Source: Anaeramoeba ignava BMAN
Lineage: Eukaryota; Protista; Anaeramoebae
Assembly: GCA_028826165.1 (NCBI GenBank)
Contig: JAPDFW010000111.1
Location: 1 to 64,000, forward strand
Length of the DNA stretch: 64,000 bases
Direction of reading: 5' to 3'
Shown here: positions 22,440-34,666 of the stretch, in pieces
How the letters are laid out: each line of letters opens with the position of its first letter
How positions within the stretch are numbered: position 1 is the first letter of the stretch
The notes under the pieces: model-generated
Told to the model about the DNA's origin: nothing
The model's input: only the letters and a program-made list of their open reading frames with translations
The model's database searches: none
Position numbers and translations under genes: made by a program

Positions 22440-24692
22440 ATGCTTTCCCTCAACAAAAATATACACAAAACACAAAGTGAAGGTAAAATTTTAATTTTAA
22501 AATCATTTTAAAAAATTTATTTATCCTTTTCCTTTTTCTTTTTCTTTTTTCAAAAAACAGAAACAGATTTTAGTTCTTTTATAAATATGATCACTTTAAT
22601 GAAAGATAACCCGAAAAATCAAACTATTCAAAAACAGGGTTGTGTTTTTTTAAAAGAAAATTGCAAACATTTCAAAAGTTAAAATTAAAAAATTCAAAAA
22701 TTTTATATTCTTATTCTTATTCTTATTCTTCTTTTTAAATAATTAACAGAAAAGAAAAACGAGAAAATCAAAATTGAAGCAGTTAATGTCATCTCTCAAT
22801 CATTGAACAATTTCTCAAAAAATCCATTTATTCAACAAAATTCAATCTCCTTTTTGATTTCCATTTCACCCAAATTAAGTATTTTTCAAAACCAAAAAAA
22901 AAAAAAATTATTCATCTTTTCAAATAAAAATCAACATTAAAATCTTCTTTTCCAAATTAAGAAAACAAAATTCATATTACCAAACCCAAAATAATTCGAT
23001 TGGTTATCGATGCAATGAAAAAATTCAAAAATCATAAATTCATTCAAGAATTAGGAATCCAATTTTTATCAAATATTATTGAATTATTAAGCAGCAGTAA
23101 ATTTAATCTCAAAATATCATTTGAAAAATATTAATAAATTTCAAATAAAATAGAAAAAAAAATTGATTATCCAAAAATTGATCTAATTCCAACAATTATC
23201 GACACAATGCAAAATTTTTCAAAAAATCCTCAAATCCAAATTTATGGTTGTATTTTTTTAGGAAATTTTATTTTCGAAACAAGAGGTAATAAAATCAAAA
23301 AAATCTAAAATTAAAAATTGAAATCTGAAATTAAAAATTAAAAATTTAAAATTTAGAACAAATCTCTCAAATTCGTAAATTTAAACCAGCCGATTTCATT
23401 ATAAATATACTCAATAATTTTCCAGGAAATCAAGAAGTTCAAAAACATGCATTCAAAAGTTTAGGGAATTTTATTTCTCTTTATGAAGGTAATTTTTTCT
23501 TCATCTCGATTTTGTTCCACATTTTAAAACAACAAAACAAAACAATTCTACTTGTTATTTCAGACATTAAATTTGAAATTAGAAATTTAAAAGGAATCGA
23601 ATTAATTATACAATCAATGAATAAATACACTCAAGATGAATTAATTCAAGAAATTGGATGTTGTAATTTAGCAAACCTTTCTTTTAAAAACAAAAGTAAA
23701 ATATAAATTGGATAATTTTAGAAAATGTTACTCAAAAAAATATAAATGAAAAAAATAATAGAAAATCAAACTGAAATTTCTAAATTAAATGGAATTGAAG
23801 CAATCATCAATGCAATGGAGTCTTTTCCAGAATCTGAATATATCCAAGAATCTGCAAATTGTGCTTTACTTAATAATTCACTCCATTTCCAAAGTATATT
23901 TATTTTCGAAAAGATGAAAAGATTTTTTTTGGTTAATTACTAAATAATAATTTTAAAAAAAAATCAATAGAAAACGCAATCAAAATTGAGAAATTAAATG
24001 GAATTCAATTAATTCTTAATGCAATGAAGAAATTCCCTCTTCATCAAGAAATACAAGATTTAGGATGTTGTAATTTAGCCATTATAAGTTTGAATCGAAA
24101 TGGTGAATAAATCCCAAAAATAATAAAAATAAAAATAATAACAATAATCAAAAATCAAAAATCAAAGATCCAAAAATTAAAATTTTAGCATTGGGTGGAA
24201 TTGAATTAATTATTAAAGCAATGAATGACTTCCCAAATAATCCTGCTATTCAAAGAAATGGATGCGGAGCTTTATGGACTCTTAGCACCCAAGAAAGTAA
24301 AATCAAAAATACAAATTTTTTTCATTTAATTTCTCTAACTAACTTCTTTTCCTAAAAAAGAAAATCAAATTGAAATTTCTAAATTAAATGGAATCGAAAA
24401 AATTATCAATGCAATGAAGTCTTTTCCTAATAATCAAGATATTCAATATGCTGGATGTTGTTCTCTAAACAATATTTCTCTTGTCCCAAGTAAAATCAAC
24501 ACATTTATATTTTTTTTTGTTGTTTTATTCTCATTTCAAATATTTTACTTTTTTTTTTTTTGCAATTTAGGAAACAAAAATGAAATTCTGAAATTTGGAG
24601 GATTTAAAACTATTAAAGATTCATTAGTTATCTTTCCAAATCATTCAGAAATCCAAAAATGGGGATCAATATTTTTGAACAAATTTAACTAA
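22440..24692 (+). CDS. Armadillo-repeat protein (aardvark/LRRK2-ARM-like). 12 exons: 22440-22482, 22561-22677, 22750-22878, 22962-23096, 23154-23285, 23357-23488, 23564-23695, 23762-23893, 23971-24102, 24168-24296, 24361-24489, 24571-24692
   Basis: Manually spliced at GT-AG sites, with the frame open across all junctions. Repeats read like GIExIIxAMxxFPxxxxIQxxGCxxLxNLS. Confidence 0.85.
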
Positions 24693-24879
24693 ATCAATTT
24701 AACTAAATCAATTCCCAATTATTCCTTTATTTCTTTTTATTTAAATTCGTCAAATGACTAAAAAAAATTTGTTTTTTTGTTGGAATTTTAAAAAGAAATA
24801 AAGAAACAAAATTTAATTTTTACACAAATTAATCAATTCAAGATCCAAAATCAGAACTAATTAAATTTTTTTTTTGAGA

Positions 24880-26289
24880 TTATTTTTTATCATAAGTGAA
24901 AAGTTCAAGTTGTTTAGCGAAATCATTTCGATTTCGATTTTGATTTTGAATTTGAATTTGATTTTGTTTTTGTTTTTGATTTAATAATCTTGAATTTTCT
25001 TCAAGATCACTTGATGATAAAGTAAGATCATTATCTGTAATATTTTTTTTATGATTATTTTTTTTATGATTATTTTTTTTATGATTTTGATTTTGATTTT
25101 GATTTTTATTTTGATTTTTATTTTCATTTTGATTTTCATTTTCATGTTGATTTTCATGTTGATTTTCATTTTCAGGATCACTTATTAAAGATTCATGTTC
25201 CAAATTCGGTTTAGAATCCAATATTGGATTAATCTCAAGAAAACCTTCATCATTCATTTGAGTCACAAAAGCAAATATTTGGATATCAAAAATACGATGA
25301 GAACTTTTCTTTTTTCTATCAGCATAAGCTTGATAACCAAGAAACAAACTAATTGTAATAAAGATGACAATAGCGCCAATATATTGAAGTGGCCAATGTG
25401 GATCTGATTTCAAAAGAAAATGGTCAGAAACCATTGTTGAAGGCAAACGAATACCTTGAATACTTGAATACAAAGCAGCACCGATTAGAACAACCATTTT
25501 AGTTTGTCCTAATCTTGCTACCGCCATTGGACCCAATGTGATTACAATTAAAATAACCCATCCTTCAGTTCCCAAATTTTTAAACACTGTCCAATCTTCT
25601 TTGAGAATAAAAGAAAGAATCAAAGATAAAGGAAAATATAGTTGTTTTTCAAGAATGAGCATAATTTCAACAGGAATTTTATAAGATCTGCATATTTTCT
25701 GTTGGAAAACAAAGTAGAAAGCTGCAGATAAATCGTATGTAACCGCAAGAATAACTGAAACTGTGCTGTTCATATTTTTTGAGGAAGAATTCTCGCTTTT
25801 TTCTGAATCGTCGTTTCCAAATATCATCATCAAACAACCTCCCAAACTCACAACAAAAGAAGGAAGAATAAAACGCGGCAATTCTTTGGAGATTTTTGTG
25901 ATTTTGGAAAGAAAAAAAACAATAAAAGGCATCAATAGCGTTATTGCTTGTATTGTTGAAGGTCTGGATGTTAATTTGAAAGCATAAGCACTTGCGAAAT
26001 TGGCAAGAATCCAGACAAAAGAAGTGAAAATGGAAAGAATCCATATCGATTTGGGATAGCCTGTTAAATATGAGCAAATAAATAGTTTTTTGAATCTGGC
26101 ATTTTTTTTTCTTAACCGATATAATTGTAATATTGGGAAAAAAAATAAGCAAAATAAATTCGTGAATGAAAGTAAAACAAAAGTTCCCATGTTTCCATAT
26201 TTTGGAGATTGAATCCAATTCATAAGTGTTCCATAAACTCCCATGCAAATGTGTATTATCAAAGCTAATAATAAATAGAGTGTAATCAT
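24880..26289 (-). CDS. EamA/DMT-superfamily 10-TM transporter-like protein (copy 1)
   Basis: About 10 hydrophobic helices in two 5-TM halves, with LLMPFIV and QYIGAIVIF motifs and an N/Q/E-rich tail. Confidence 0.8.
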   Translation of the reverse strand: MITLYLLLALIIHICMGVYGTLMNWIQSPKYGNMGTFVLLSFTNLFCLFFFPILQLYRLRKKNARFKKLFICSYLTGYPKSIWILSIFTSFVWILANFASAYAFKLTSRPSTIQAITLLMPFIVFFLSKITKISKELPRFILPSFVVSLGGCLMMIFGNDDSEKSENSSSKNMNSTVSVILAVTYDLSAAFYFVFQQKICRSYKIPVEIMLILEKQLYFPLSLILSFILKEDWTVFKNLGTEGWVILIVITLGPMAVARLGQTKMVVLIGAALYSSIQGIRLPSTMVSDHFLLKSDPHWPLQYIGAIVIFITISLFLGYQAYADRKKKSSHRIFDIQIFAFVTQMNDEGFLEINPILDSKPNLEHESLISDPENENQHENQHENENQNENKNQNKNQNQNQNHKKNNHKKNNHKKNITDNDLTLSSSDLEENSRLLNQKQKQNQIQIQNQNRNRNDFAKQLELFTYDKK

Positions 26290-26414
26290 TTAATTAAAAT
26301 AAATTAAAATTAAAATAAATTAAAATTAAAATTAAAATTAAAATTAAAATTAAAGAAAAAAGAAAAATGAAAATCTTTTTTTCTTTGAAAAATATTTTAT
26401 TTTTTTGGATCAAA

Positions 26415-26516
26415 TTAAAAATAGAAAATAAACTGATAAAAAAATAGAAAATAAACTGATAAAAAAAATAGAAAATAAACTGATAAAAAAAATAGAAAAT
26501 AAACTGATAAAAAAAT
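26415..26516. repeat. ~23-24 bp tandem repeat AAAATAGAAAATAAACTGATAAA x4
   Basis: Directly visible. Confidence 0.85.
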
Positions 26517-26567
26517 TCAAGAATTGTTTTTTCTTTTCAAATTATTATAATTGATAAGTTATAATAT

Positions 26568-27818
26568 TTAATTAATAAATTCGTTTACATGAACAGCATC
26601 TTTATCAAAGCCATCGAAATTATCGTCTCGGAAATTATCTTTCTGATCAAATTTTTCATCAGAATCACTCGAAGAAATTTTCTCGATTTTTTTCATACTT
26701 TGTTTAGCATGAAGTTCATTGAGTTCATAATCCTTAAGCAAACCCTCATCCAAAGGGTTAACCATTGTAAATTCATCATCATCCTCTTCGATATAAATAA
26801 AAGTATAAGGATCAAAAACGAAGTGTTTTCCTTTTGTTTTTTTATCAGCAAAAGCTTGGTAACCAAGAAACAAGCTGATTGTAATAAAGACAATAACAGC
26901 ACCAATATATTGAAGTGGCCAATGTGGGTCTTCTTTGAGAACAACATAATCAGAAACCATTGTTGAAGGCAAACGAATACCTTGAACACTCGAATACAAA
27001 GCAGCCCCAATTAGAACAACCATTTTTGCCTGTCCAAATCTTGCTATTGACATTGCCCCCACTGTAATATATATCAAATAAATCCAACCTTTTGTCCCCA
27101 GTGTTTTGTACACATTCCAATCTTGATCGGGGAAGATAAACGAGAAAATTAGGGCCAACGGAACGTATATTTCCTTCTCAGTTAGCAAAAGAACTTCTGC
27201 CGGCACTTTGTGTACTTTGCATACTTTCTGTTGAAGCACAAAAAAACAAGCGGCGGATAAATCAAAAAAAATGGCTAGGCAAATACTGATTATGTTTTTA
27301 ATGTGGGCGTCGTTGTCGCCTTTTTCCTTTGTTTTGTTAACACTCCCGAGTATCATCATGATGCAACCGCCAACTGAAAGAACAAAAGAAGGAAGAATAA
27401 AGCGAGGTAACGTTTTCGCAATTTTTGTTATTTTGGCAAGAAAGAAAACTACAAATGGCATCAATAGTGTGATTGCTTGTATTGTTGATGGATGTGCTGC
27501 TAATTTGAAAGAATAAACACTTGCAAAACTTGCAAAGATCCAAATTGTTGATGTGAAAAAGAATAAAAACCAAACTGATTTCGTTTTTCCTCTTAAATAG
27601 TAAAAAATCGTTGTTCGATAAAATGGGTTTTTTAATCCACGATTCTTGATTAATTGCAAAGTTAAAAAGAAAATTAATCCGGCTAAATTGGATGCAACTA
27701 ATAGTATAAAAACTCCCATTTTCCCATGGTCTGGTGACTGTATCCAATCAAGAAGTGTTGCGTAAAATCCATAACAAACATGAACTACAACAGTTAATAT
27801 TAAATTAACTACAAACAT
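26568..27818 (-). CDS. EamA/DMT-like transporter (copy 2)
   Basis: 416 aa paralogue with WIQSPxHG, GAALYSS and DPHWPLQYIGA motifs. Confidence 0.8.
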   Translation of the reverse strand: MFVVNLILTVVVHVCYGFYATLLDWIQSPDHGKMGVFILLVASNLAGLIFFLTLQLIKNRGLKNPFYRTTIFYYLRGKTKSVWFLFFFTSTIWIFASFASVYSFKLAAHPSTIQAITLLMPFVVFFLAKITKIAKTLPRFILPSFVLSVGGCIMMILGSVNKTKEKGDNDAHIKNIISICLAIFFDLSAACFFVLQQKVCKVHKVPAEVLLLTEKEIYVPLALIFSFIFPDQDWNVYKTLGTKGWIYLIYITVGAMSIARFGQAKMVVLIGAALYSSVQGIRLPSTMVSDYVVLKEDPHWPLQYIGAVIVFITISLFLGYQAFADKKTKGKHFVFDPYTFIYIEEDDDEFTMVNPLDEGLLKDYELNELHAKQSMKKIEKISSSDSDEKFDQKDNFRDDNFDGFDKDAVHVNEFIN

Positions 27819-28107
27819 TTTTCTCTTTTTTTTTTTTTTTTTTTTAGAACGTAAAAGAAAAAAAAAATGATTTTTTAAAAAATTTGAAATAAAAATTGAA
27901 AATTTTTTTCTTTTGTTTTTCTTCTTTTTATTATTTTAAAAAAGGAATTAATTCTAAAAAAGAAAAAAATAATTGGATTTCTTTTTGTTTTTCTTTTTTA
28001 AAAATTATTTACAAAAGAAAAAAAAAATTTTTTTTGATCATTTTTAAATCATTTCCAAATCTATTTTTATTCTATTTTAATTTCCACTTCTATTCCAATT
28101 TTTATAT

Positions 28108-29172
28108 ATTAATTAAATATTAATTAAATATTAATTAAATATTAATTAAATATTAATTAAATATTTATTAAATATTAATTAAATATTGATTAAATATTAA
28201 TTAAATATTAATTAAATATTGATTAAATATTAATTAAATATTAATTAAATATTGATTAAATATTGATTAAATATTGATTAAATATTAATTAAATATTGAT
28301 TAAATATTGATTAAATATATTAATTAAATATTAATTAAATATTAATTAAATATTAATTAAATATATATTAATTAAATTAAATACCAAATTAAATATTGAT
28401 TAAATAATATTAATTAAATATTAATTAAATATTGATTAAATATTGATTAAATATTAATTAAATATTGATTAAATATTAATTAAATATTAATTAAATATTA
28501 ATTAAATATTAATTAAATATTAATTAAATATTGATTAAATATTAAATATTATTAATTAAATATTAATTAAATATTAATTAAATATTAATTAAATATTAAA
28601 TTAAATATTGATTAAATATTAATTAAATATTAATGATTAAATATTGATTAAATGGCAATTAAATATTAATTAAATATTGATTAAATATTGATTAAATATT
28701 AATTAAATATTAATTAAATATTAATTAAATATTGATTAAATATTAATTAAATATTGATTAAATATTAATTAAATATTGATTAAATATTAATTAAATATTA
28801 ATTAAATATTGATTAAATATTAATTAAATATTAATTAAATATTAATTAAATATTGATTAAATATTGATTAAATATAATTAAATATTGGTAAATTAAATAT
28901 TAATTAAATATTAATATTAATTAAATATTGATTAAATATTAATTAAATATTGATTAAATATTAATTAAATATTAAATTAAATAAAATTGATTAAATATTA
29001 ATTAAATATTAATTAAATATTGATTAAATATTGATTAAATATTGATTAAATATTAATTAAATATTGATTAAATATTAATTAAATATTGATTAAATATTAA
29101 TTAAATATTGATTAAATATTGATTAAATATTGATTAAATATTAATTAAATATTGATTAAATATTTATTAAAT
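28108..29172. repeat. ~1.06 kb 12-bp satellite TTAATTAAATAT/TTGATTAAATAT
   Basis: Near-perfect tandem array. Confidence 0.95.
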
Positions 29173-29189
29173 AATTTGTTGGATCATTT

Positions 29190-30359
29190 TCAATTTATTT
29201 TCCCTTTCTCAATAGATACATCAGAATCAATAAAATTATTTTCTGTATCTGATAAACCAGTTTCATAATTTATTCCTGATTTCCCCAAAAGATTTGTTTC
29301 AGAATCATCTTCACTTTCCTCAATAAAAGAAGAAGTTGAAGGATCAAAAAAAGCTTTTTTATTGTTCTTTTTGTTGTTATTTTTGGTTTTCCTTTCCAAA
29401 TAAGCTTGATATCCAAGAAATAAACTAATACTTATAAAAACAATAATAGCTCCAATATATTGAAGTGGCCAATGTGGATTTGCTTTGAGAACAACATAAT
29501 CAGAAACCATTGTTGAAGGTAATCTAATTGCTTGAACAGTTGAATATAAAGCTGCTCCAATTTCAATAACCATTTGTGTTTGTCCTAATCTTGATAAACA
29601 CATTATTCCAATAGTGATATATAACATAAACATCCATCCTTCAACTCCTAAATTCTTAAAAACACCCCAATCTTCTTTTAATATAAATGAAAGTGCTAAT
29701 GTTAATGGAAGATATATTTGACCAATTAAAATCAAAAGAACTTCTGCATTGATTTTATAAGTTCTACATATTTTTTGTTGAAATGAAAAGAAAAATGCTG
29801 CAAAAATATCAAAAAGTATTCCAAGAATAACAGCTACTGTGTTATTTGTGTTTGGAAGTTCATTATCATCTTGTGATTTATTAACTCCAAGTATCATCAT
29901 TAAACATCCTCCAACTGAAATAAAAAAAGCTGGAATAATAAAACGAGGTAATTTTTTGGAAATTTTGAAAACTTTTGAAATGAAAAAAACCATAAAAGGC
30001 ATCAATAAAGATAATCCTTGAATAACTGAAGGATGACTTGCATATCTAAAAGAATAAACAGTTGAAAAATTTGCTAAAACCCAAAATGTTGCAGTAAAAA
30101 ATGTTAATATCCAAGCTGATCTTGGATATCCTTTAAGATGATAACAAATGAATAGTTTGGAAATCTTATTAGGTTCTTTTCTAACGCGAATTAATTGCAT
30201 AGGAACATAAAAAAGCATTCCAATAAAATTTGAAGAAGCGAGTAAAGTAAATATTTGCATTTTCCCATGATTTGGTGATTGAACCCAAGCAAGTATTGTT
30301 GCATAAACTCCATTCATAACATGAAGAACAAAAGTTAAAATCAAATGAAATAAAAACAT
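29190..30359 (-). CDS. EamA/DMT-like transporter (copy 3, type A)
   Basis: 389 aa paralogue. Confidence 0.8.
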   Translation of the reverse strand: MFLFHLILTFVLHVMNGVYATILAWVQSPNHGKMQIFTLLASSNFIGMLFYVPMQLIRVRKEPNKISKLFICYHLKGYPRSAWILTFFTATFWVLANFSTVYSFRYASHPSVIQGLSLLMPFMVFFISKVFKISKKLPRFIIPAFFISVGGCLMMILGVNKSQDDNELPNTNNTVAVILGILFDIFAAFFFSFQQKICRTYKINAEVLLILIGQIYLPLTLALSFILKEDWGVFKNLGVEGWMFMLYITIGIMCLSRLGQTQMVIEIGAALYSTVQAIRLPSTMVSDYVVLKANPHWPLQYIGAIIVFISISLFLGYQAYLERKTKNNNKKNNKKAFFDPSTSSFIEESEDDSETNLLGKSGINYETGLSDTENNFIDSDVSIEKGKIN

Positions 30360-30699
30360 TTTCTTTATCTTATTCTTATTCTTATTACTTTCTATTTTGA
30401 AAATTTTATATTTTTGATTATAATTATTTTTTAAATAATTATGGGGTATTTTTAATTTAAATTTAATTAAATTGTTGTATTTTTTTTTTTTCGAATTAGT
30501 TGTTAATTAATTTTTTCTTTCTAAAAAGAAAAAAATGAAAAAAAAAATTTTTTCGATCATAATTAATTGTTTTTTTTTTTTGTTCATTTAAATGCAAATT
30601 TTAGTCATATTTCTTGAAAAAAATTTTTTCATTTCCTTTTAATTTTAATTTTCATTTTCCTTTTAATTTTAATTTTTTCATTTAATTTTAATTTTAATT

Positions 30700-31953
30700 T
30701 TAATTTTCATTTTGAGTTTGATTTTCTTTCACTTCTTCAGTTTTAGTTTTATTTTCTTCAATTTCTTCCATTTCGTCTTCAATTTCTTTCACATCTTCAA
30801 TTTTAATCTCAATTTTTTTCATTTCATTATTATCAATTTCATCATCTAAATCCTCATTTGGAAAATTTGGATCTTCATTTTCCAAAAGATTTGTCATTGC
30901 GATCTCTTCTTCAGTTTCTTCAATAAAAGAAGAAGTTGAAGGATCAAAAACAGCTCTTTTATTTTTGTTGTTCTTTTTGGTTTTCCTTTCCAAATAAGCT
31001 TGATATCCAAGAAATAAACTAATAGTTATAAAAGAAATAATAGCTCCAATATATTGAAGTGGCCAATGTGGATTTGCTTTGAGTACAAAATAATCTGAAA
31101 TCATTGTTGAAGGTAATCTAACTGCTTGAACACTTGAATATAAAGCTGCTCCAATTTCAATAACCATTTTGGTTTGTCCTAATCTTGATAAACACATTAT
31201 TCCAATAGTGATATATAACATAAACATCCATCCTTCAACTCCTAAATTTTTAAAAACACCCCAATCTTCTTTTAATATAAATGAAAGTGCTAATGTTGAT
31301 GGAATATACATTTGTTTGATTAAAATCAAAAGAACTTCTGCTCGAATTTTATAAGTTCTACATATTTTTTGTTGAAATGAAAAGAAAAATGCTGCAAAAA
31401 TATCAAAAAGTATTGCAAGAGTAATAGCTGCTGTGTTATTTGTGTTTGGAACTTGATTGTTATCTTGTGATTTATTAACTCCAAGTATCATCATTAAACA
31501 TCCTCCAACTGAAATAAAAAAAGCTGGAATAATAAAACGAGGTAATTTTTTGGAAATTTTGAAAACTTTTGAAATGAAAAAAACCATAAAAGGCATTAAT
31601 AAAGATAATCCTTGAATAACTGAAGGATGACTTGCATATCTAAAAGAATAAACAGTTGAAAAATTTGCTAAAACCCAAACTATTGCAGTAAAAAATGTTA
31701 ATATCCAAGCTGATCTTGGATATCCTTTAAGATGATAAAAAATAAACAGTTTGGAAATCTTATTAGGTTCTTTTCTAACATGAAATAATTGCAAAGAAAC
31801 ATAAAAAATCAAACCAATAAAATTTGAAGAAGCGAGTAAAGTAAATGTTCCCATTTTCCCATGATTTGGTGATTGAACCCAAGCAAGTATTGTTGCATAA
31901 ACTCCATTCATAACATGAAGAAAAAAAGTTAAAATCAAATGAAATAAAAACAT
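30700..31953 (-). CDS. EamA/DMT-like transporter (copy 4, type A)
   Basis: 417 aa paralogue. Confidence 0.8.
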   Translation of the reverse strand: MFLFHLILTFFLHVMNGVYATILAWVQSPNHGKMGTFTLLASSNFIGLIFYVSLQLFHVRKEPNKISKLFIFYHLKGYPRSAWILTFFTAIVWVLANFSTVYSFRYASHPSVIQGLSLLMPFMVFFISKVFKISKKLPRFIIPAFFISVGGCLMMILGVNKSQDNNQVPNTNNTAAITLAILFDIFAAFFFSFQQKICRTYKIRAEVLLILIKQMYIPSTLALSFILKEDWGVFKNLGVEGWMFMLYITIGIMCLSRLGQTKMVIEIGAALYSSVQAVRLPSTMISDYFVLKANPHWPLQYIGAIISFITISLFLGYQAYLERKTKKNNKNKRAVFDPSTSSFIEETEEEIAMTNLLENEDPNFPNEDLDDEIDNNEMKKIEIKIEDVKEIEDEMEEIEENKTKTEEVKENQTQNEN

Positions 31954-32426
31954 TTTCTTATTCTTATCTTTATCTTATTACTTTCTATTTTGAAAATTTT
32001 ATATTTTTGATATTTTCAAAGAATAATTCAATTATTTTCCAAAATAAAAAAATTGTTTGATCAAAAAGAATAAAACAAAACAAACACAAAACCAAACAAA
32101 AAAAAAGAGATGAAAATAATGTTTTTTGGGTTTTTTAATAAAAAAAAAATTTTTGAATTGAATATTTATTATTAATTATTAATTAAATTTGCTTTAAAAT
32201 TTTGATTTATTTTTTTATTATTGGATTAGAATACACTTGGAATTAAAAAAAAAATCAAAAGCAAGATGGTAAAAAAGATTTATATTTTGAAAAAAAACAA
32301 GAAAAGTACAAATAATTAAATAAATAATTAAATAATTTTAATCCATGTTTATTTTTGCTAGATTTTTTCTTTTTGATCAAATTAATTTTTCTAAAAAGAA
32401 AATTTAAACCCCAAAAACAAAAAAAG

Positions 32427-32757
32427 AATTAAAAATTAAAAATTGAATTAAAATTGAATTAAAATTAAAATTAAAATTGAATTAAAATTAAAATTAAAAT
32501 TAAAATTAAAATTAAAATTAAAATTAAAATTGAATTGAAATTGAATTGAAATTAAATTAAAATTAAAATTGAATTGAAATTGAATTGAAATTAAATTAAA
32601 ATTAAATTGAAATTGAATTAAAATTAAAATTAAAATTGAAATTAAAATTGAATTGAATTAAATTAAAATAAAAATTAAAATTAAAATTAAAATTAAAATT
32701 AAAATTAAAATTGAATTAAAATTGAATTGAAATTGAATTGAACTTAAAATTAAAATT
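32427..32757. repeat. (AAATTA/AAATTG)n tract (duplicated, shorter, at 38221-38430)
   Basis: Directly visible. Confidence 0.9.
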
Positions 32758-32798
32758 TGGTTTAAAAAAAAAATAGAAAATAAACCAAAAAAAAAAAA

Positions 32799-34127
32799 TT
32801 ATTTTCTATCATTTTCTTCAATTTCATCAAGTTTTTTGATTTCACTACTTTCAGTGGAATCACTACTTTCAGTGCTTTCAGTACTTTCAGTACTTTCAGA
32901 TTTTTTATTGAAATTATTATTATTATTGTTGTTATTGTTATTATCAAAATCATTCTCGAAATCATTTTTCAAATTAAATTGATTTTTATCTCCATTATTT
33001 TTATCATCATCTTCATGATCACTTAATAAAGTTTCCATTTGATAAGTAAGTTCTGCATTTTTAACTGGATTAATCAATGTAAATTCATCTTCAAATTCTT
33101 CTTCTTCTGCATAAATAAAAGTGAATGGATCAAATGCGAAATGAACAAATTTAGATTTTTTATCAGCATAAGCTTGATATCCAAGAAATAAACTAATAGA
33201 AATAACAACAATAATAGCTCCAATATATTGAAGTGGCCAATGTGGATCTGCTTTAAGAATAACATAATCAGAAACCATTGTTGCAGGTAATCGAATTCCT
33301 TGAATACTTGAATATAAAGCTGCTCCAATCGCAACAACCATTTTGGTTTGTCCTAATCTTGATAAACACATTATTCCAAATGCTAAAAAAACTAATGCAA
33401 TCCATTCTGCTGCTCCAAAATCTTTGAAAACTTTCCAATTTTCTTTTGATGCAAATGAGATGATTAAGGAAACTGGCGCATAGACTTGCATAACTAATAA
33501 AAGTAATGCTTCAACTGGAACTTTATAGTTTTTACAAATATTCTGTTGAAAAACAAAAAAAGTGGAAATTGCAAAATCAAAAATAACTGCAAAAAGAATA
33601 GCAAGTGCATTATTTGTTCCTTTCATATTTTCTTGATGAGCTTTTTTAGCAGCACCAAATATCATCATTAAACATCCACCAACAGAAACAATAAAAGCAG
33701 GGAAAATAAAACGAGGTAAAGTTTTAGTAACTCTAAATAATTTTGAAAAAAAGAAGATTATAAAAGGAACCATTAAAGATAAAGCTTGAATTGTTGAAGG
33801 ATGACTTGCAAATTTAAATGATAAAACAGTTGAAATATTAGCAATCACCCAAATAAATGCATTTGAAATTGCTTGAAACCAAATGAATTTTGGTTTTCCT
33901 CTAAGATAATGAAAAATAAATAACCTTGAAAATTTATTCTGATATTTTCTCACTCGATAAACTTGTAAACTGAAAAAAAATAAAAACGAAAAGCAATTTG
34001 AAACTCCTAAAAAAACAAAAGTTTGCATATTTCCATGACTTGGTGATTGAATCCATCCTACTGTAGTTGCATATACTCCAAGACAAATATGCAAAAAAAT
34101 TGTTATCAAAAAATAAACAACTAACAT
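32799..34127 (-). CDS. EamA/DMT-like transporter (copy 5, type B)
   Basis: 442 aa paralogue. Confidence 0.8.
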   Translation of the reverse strand: MLVVYFLITIFLHICLGVYATTVGWIQSPSHGNMQTFVFLGVSNCFSFLFFFSLQVYRVRKYQNKFSRLFIFHYLRGKPKFIWFQAISNAFIWVIANISTVLSFKFASHPSTIQALSLMVPFIIFFFSKLFRVTKTLPRFIFPAFIVSVGGCLMMIFGAAKKAHQENMKGTNNALAILFAVIFDFAISTFFVFQQNICKNYKVPVEALLLLVMQVYAPVSLIISFASKENWKVFKDFGAAEWIALVFLAFGIMCLSRLGQTKMVVAIGAALYSSIQGIRLPATMVSDYVILKADPHWPLQYIGAIIVVISISLFLGYQAYADKKSKFVHFAFDPFTFIYAEEEEFEDEFTLINPVKNAELTYQMETLLSDHEDDDKNNGDKNQFNLKNDFENDFDNNNNNNNNNNFNKKSESTESTESTESSDSTESSEIKKLDEIEENDRK

Positions 34128-34666
34128 TTATTTTATTTTAATTTATTTTGTTTTAATTTATTTTTCGTAATTAGCTTTTTTTTCAATATTTTCTATTTAA
34201 ACTAATAATGAAATTGCAACAATTATTTTAAAAAAAGGTTTTTCAAAAAAAATGAAAACTCAAAAATGAGTTTTTTTTTATTAAATTTTAAAAAAACTCA
34301 AAAAAAATTTTTTTCTTTTTTCCTTTTTTGTTGTTTTTTTATTCATTTTTTCTTTTGGAAATTGAAAAAAATAAATTTGGATCTAAAAATAAAATGTTGT
34401 TTAGAAAGAATTCTTAAGTTTAAAATTCCGAAATTAATTATTTTTTTTGATTAATTTTTTTTATTTTTTTTATTCATCAAGAAAAAAAAAAATAAAAAAA
34501 AATTTGATGAAAGGAAAAATCTAAAAGAAAATCAGAAAGATCTTTTTTTTTAATTAAAAAAAGAAAGAAAATAAAAAAAATAAGAAAAAATGAAAGAAAA
34601 GATTGAAATTTATTGTTAGAAAAAAAAAAAGAATGGTTGATCCATTTTTCCTTTCCAAAAAAAAAA

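Noticed and set aside
25679-27747. Alternative-frame and antisense ORFs overlapping DMT genes (e.g. 25679..26248, 27337..27747)
   Set aside because: They are shadows of the real CDS and are not kept at full length across paralogues.
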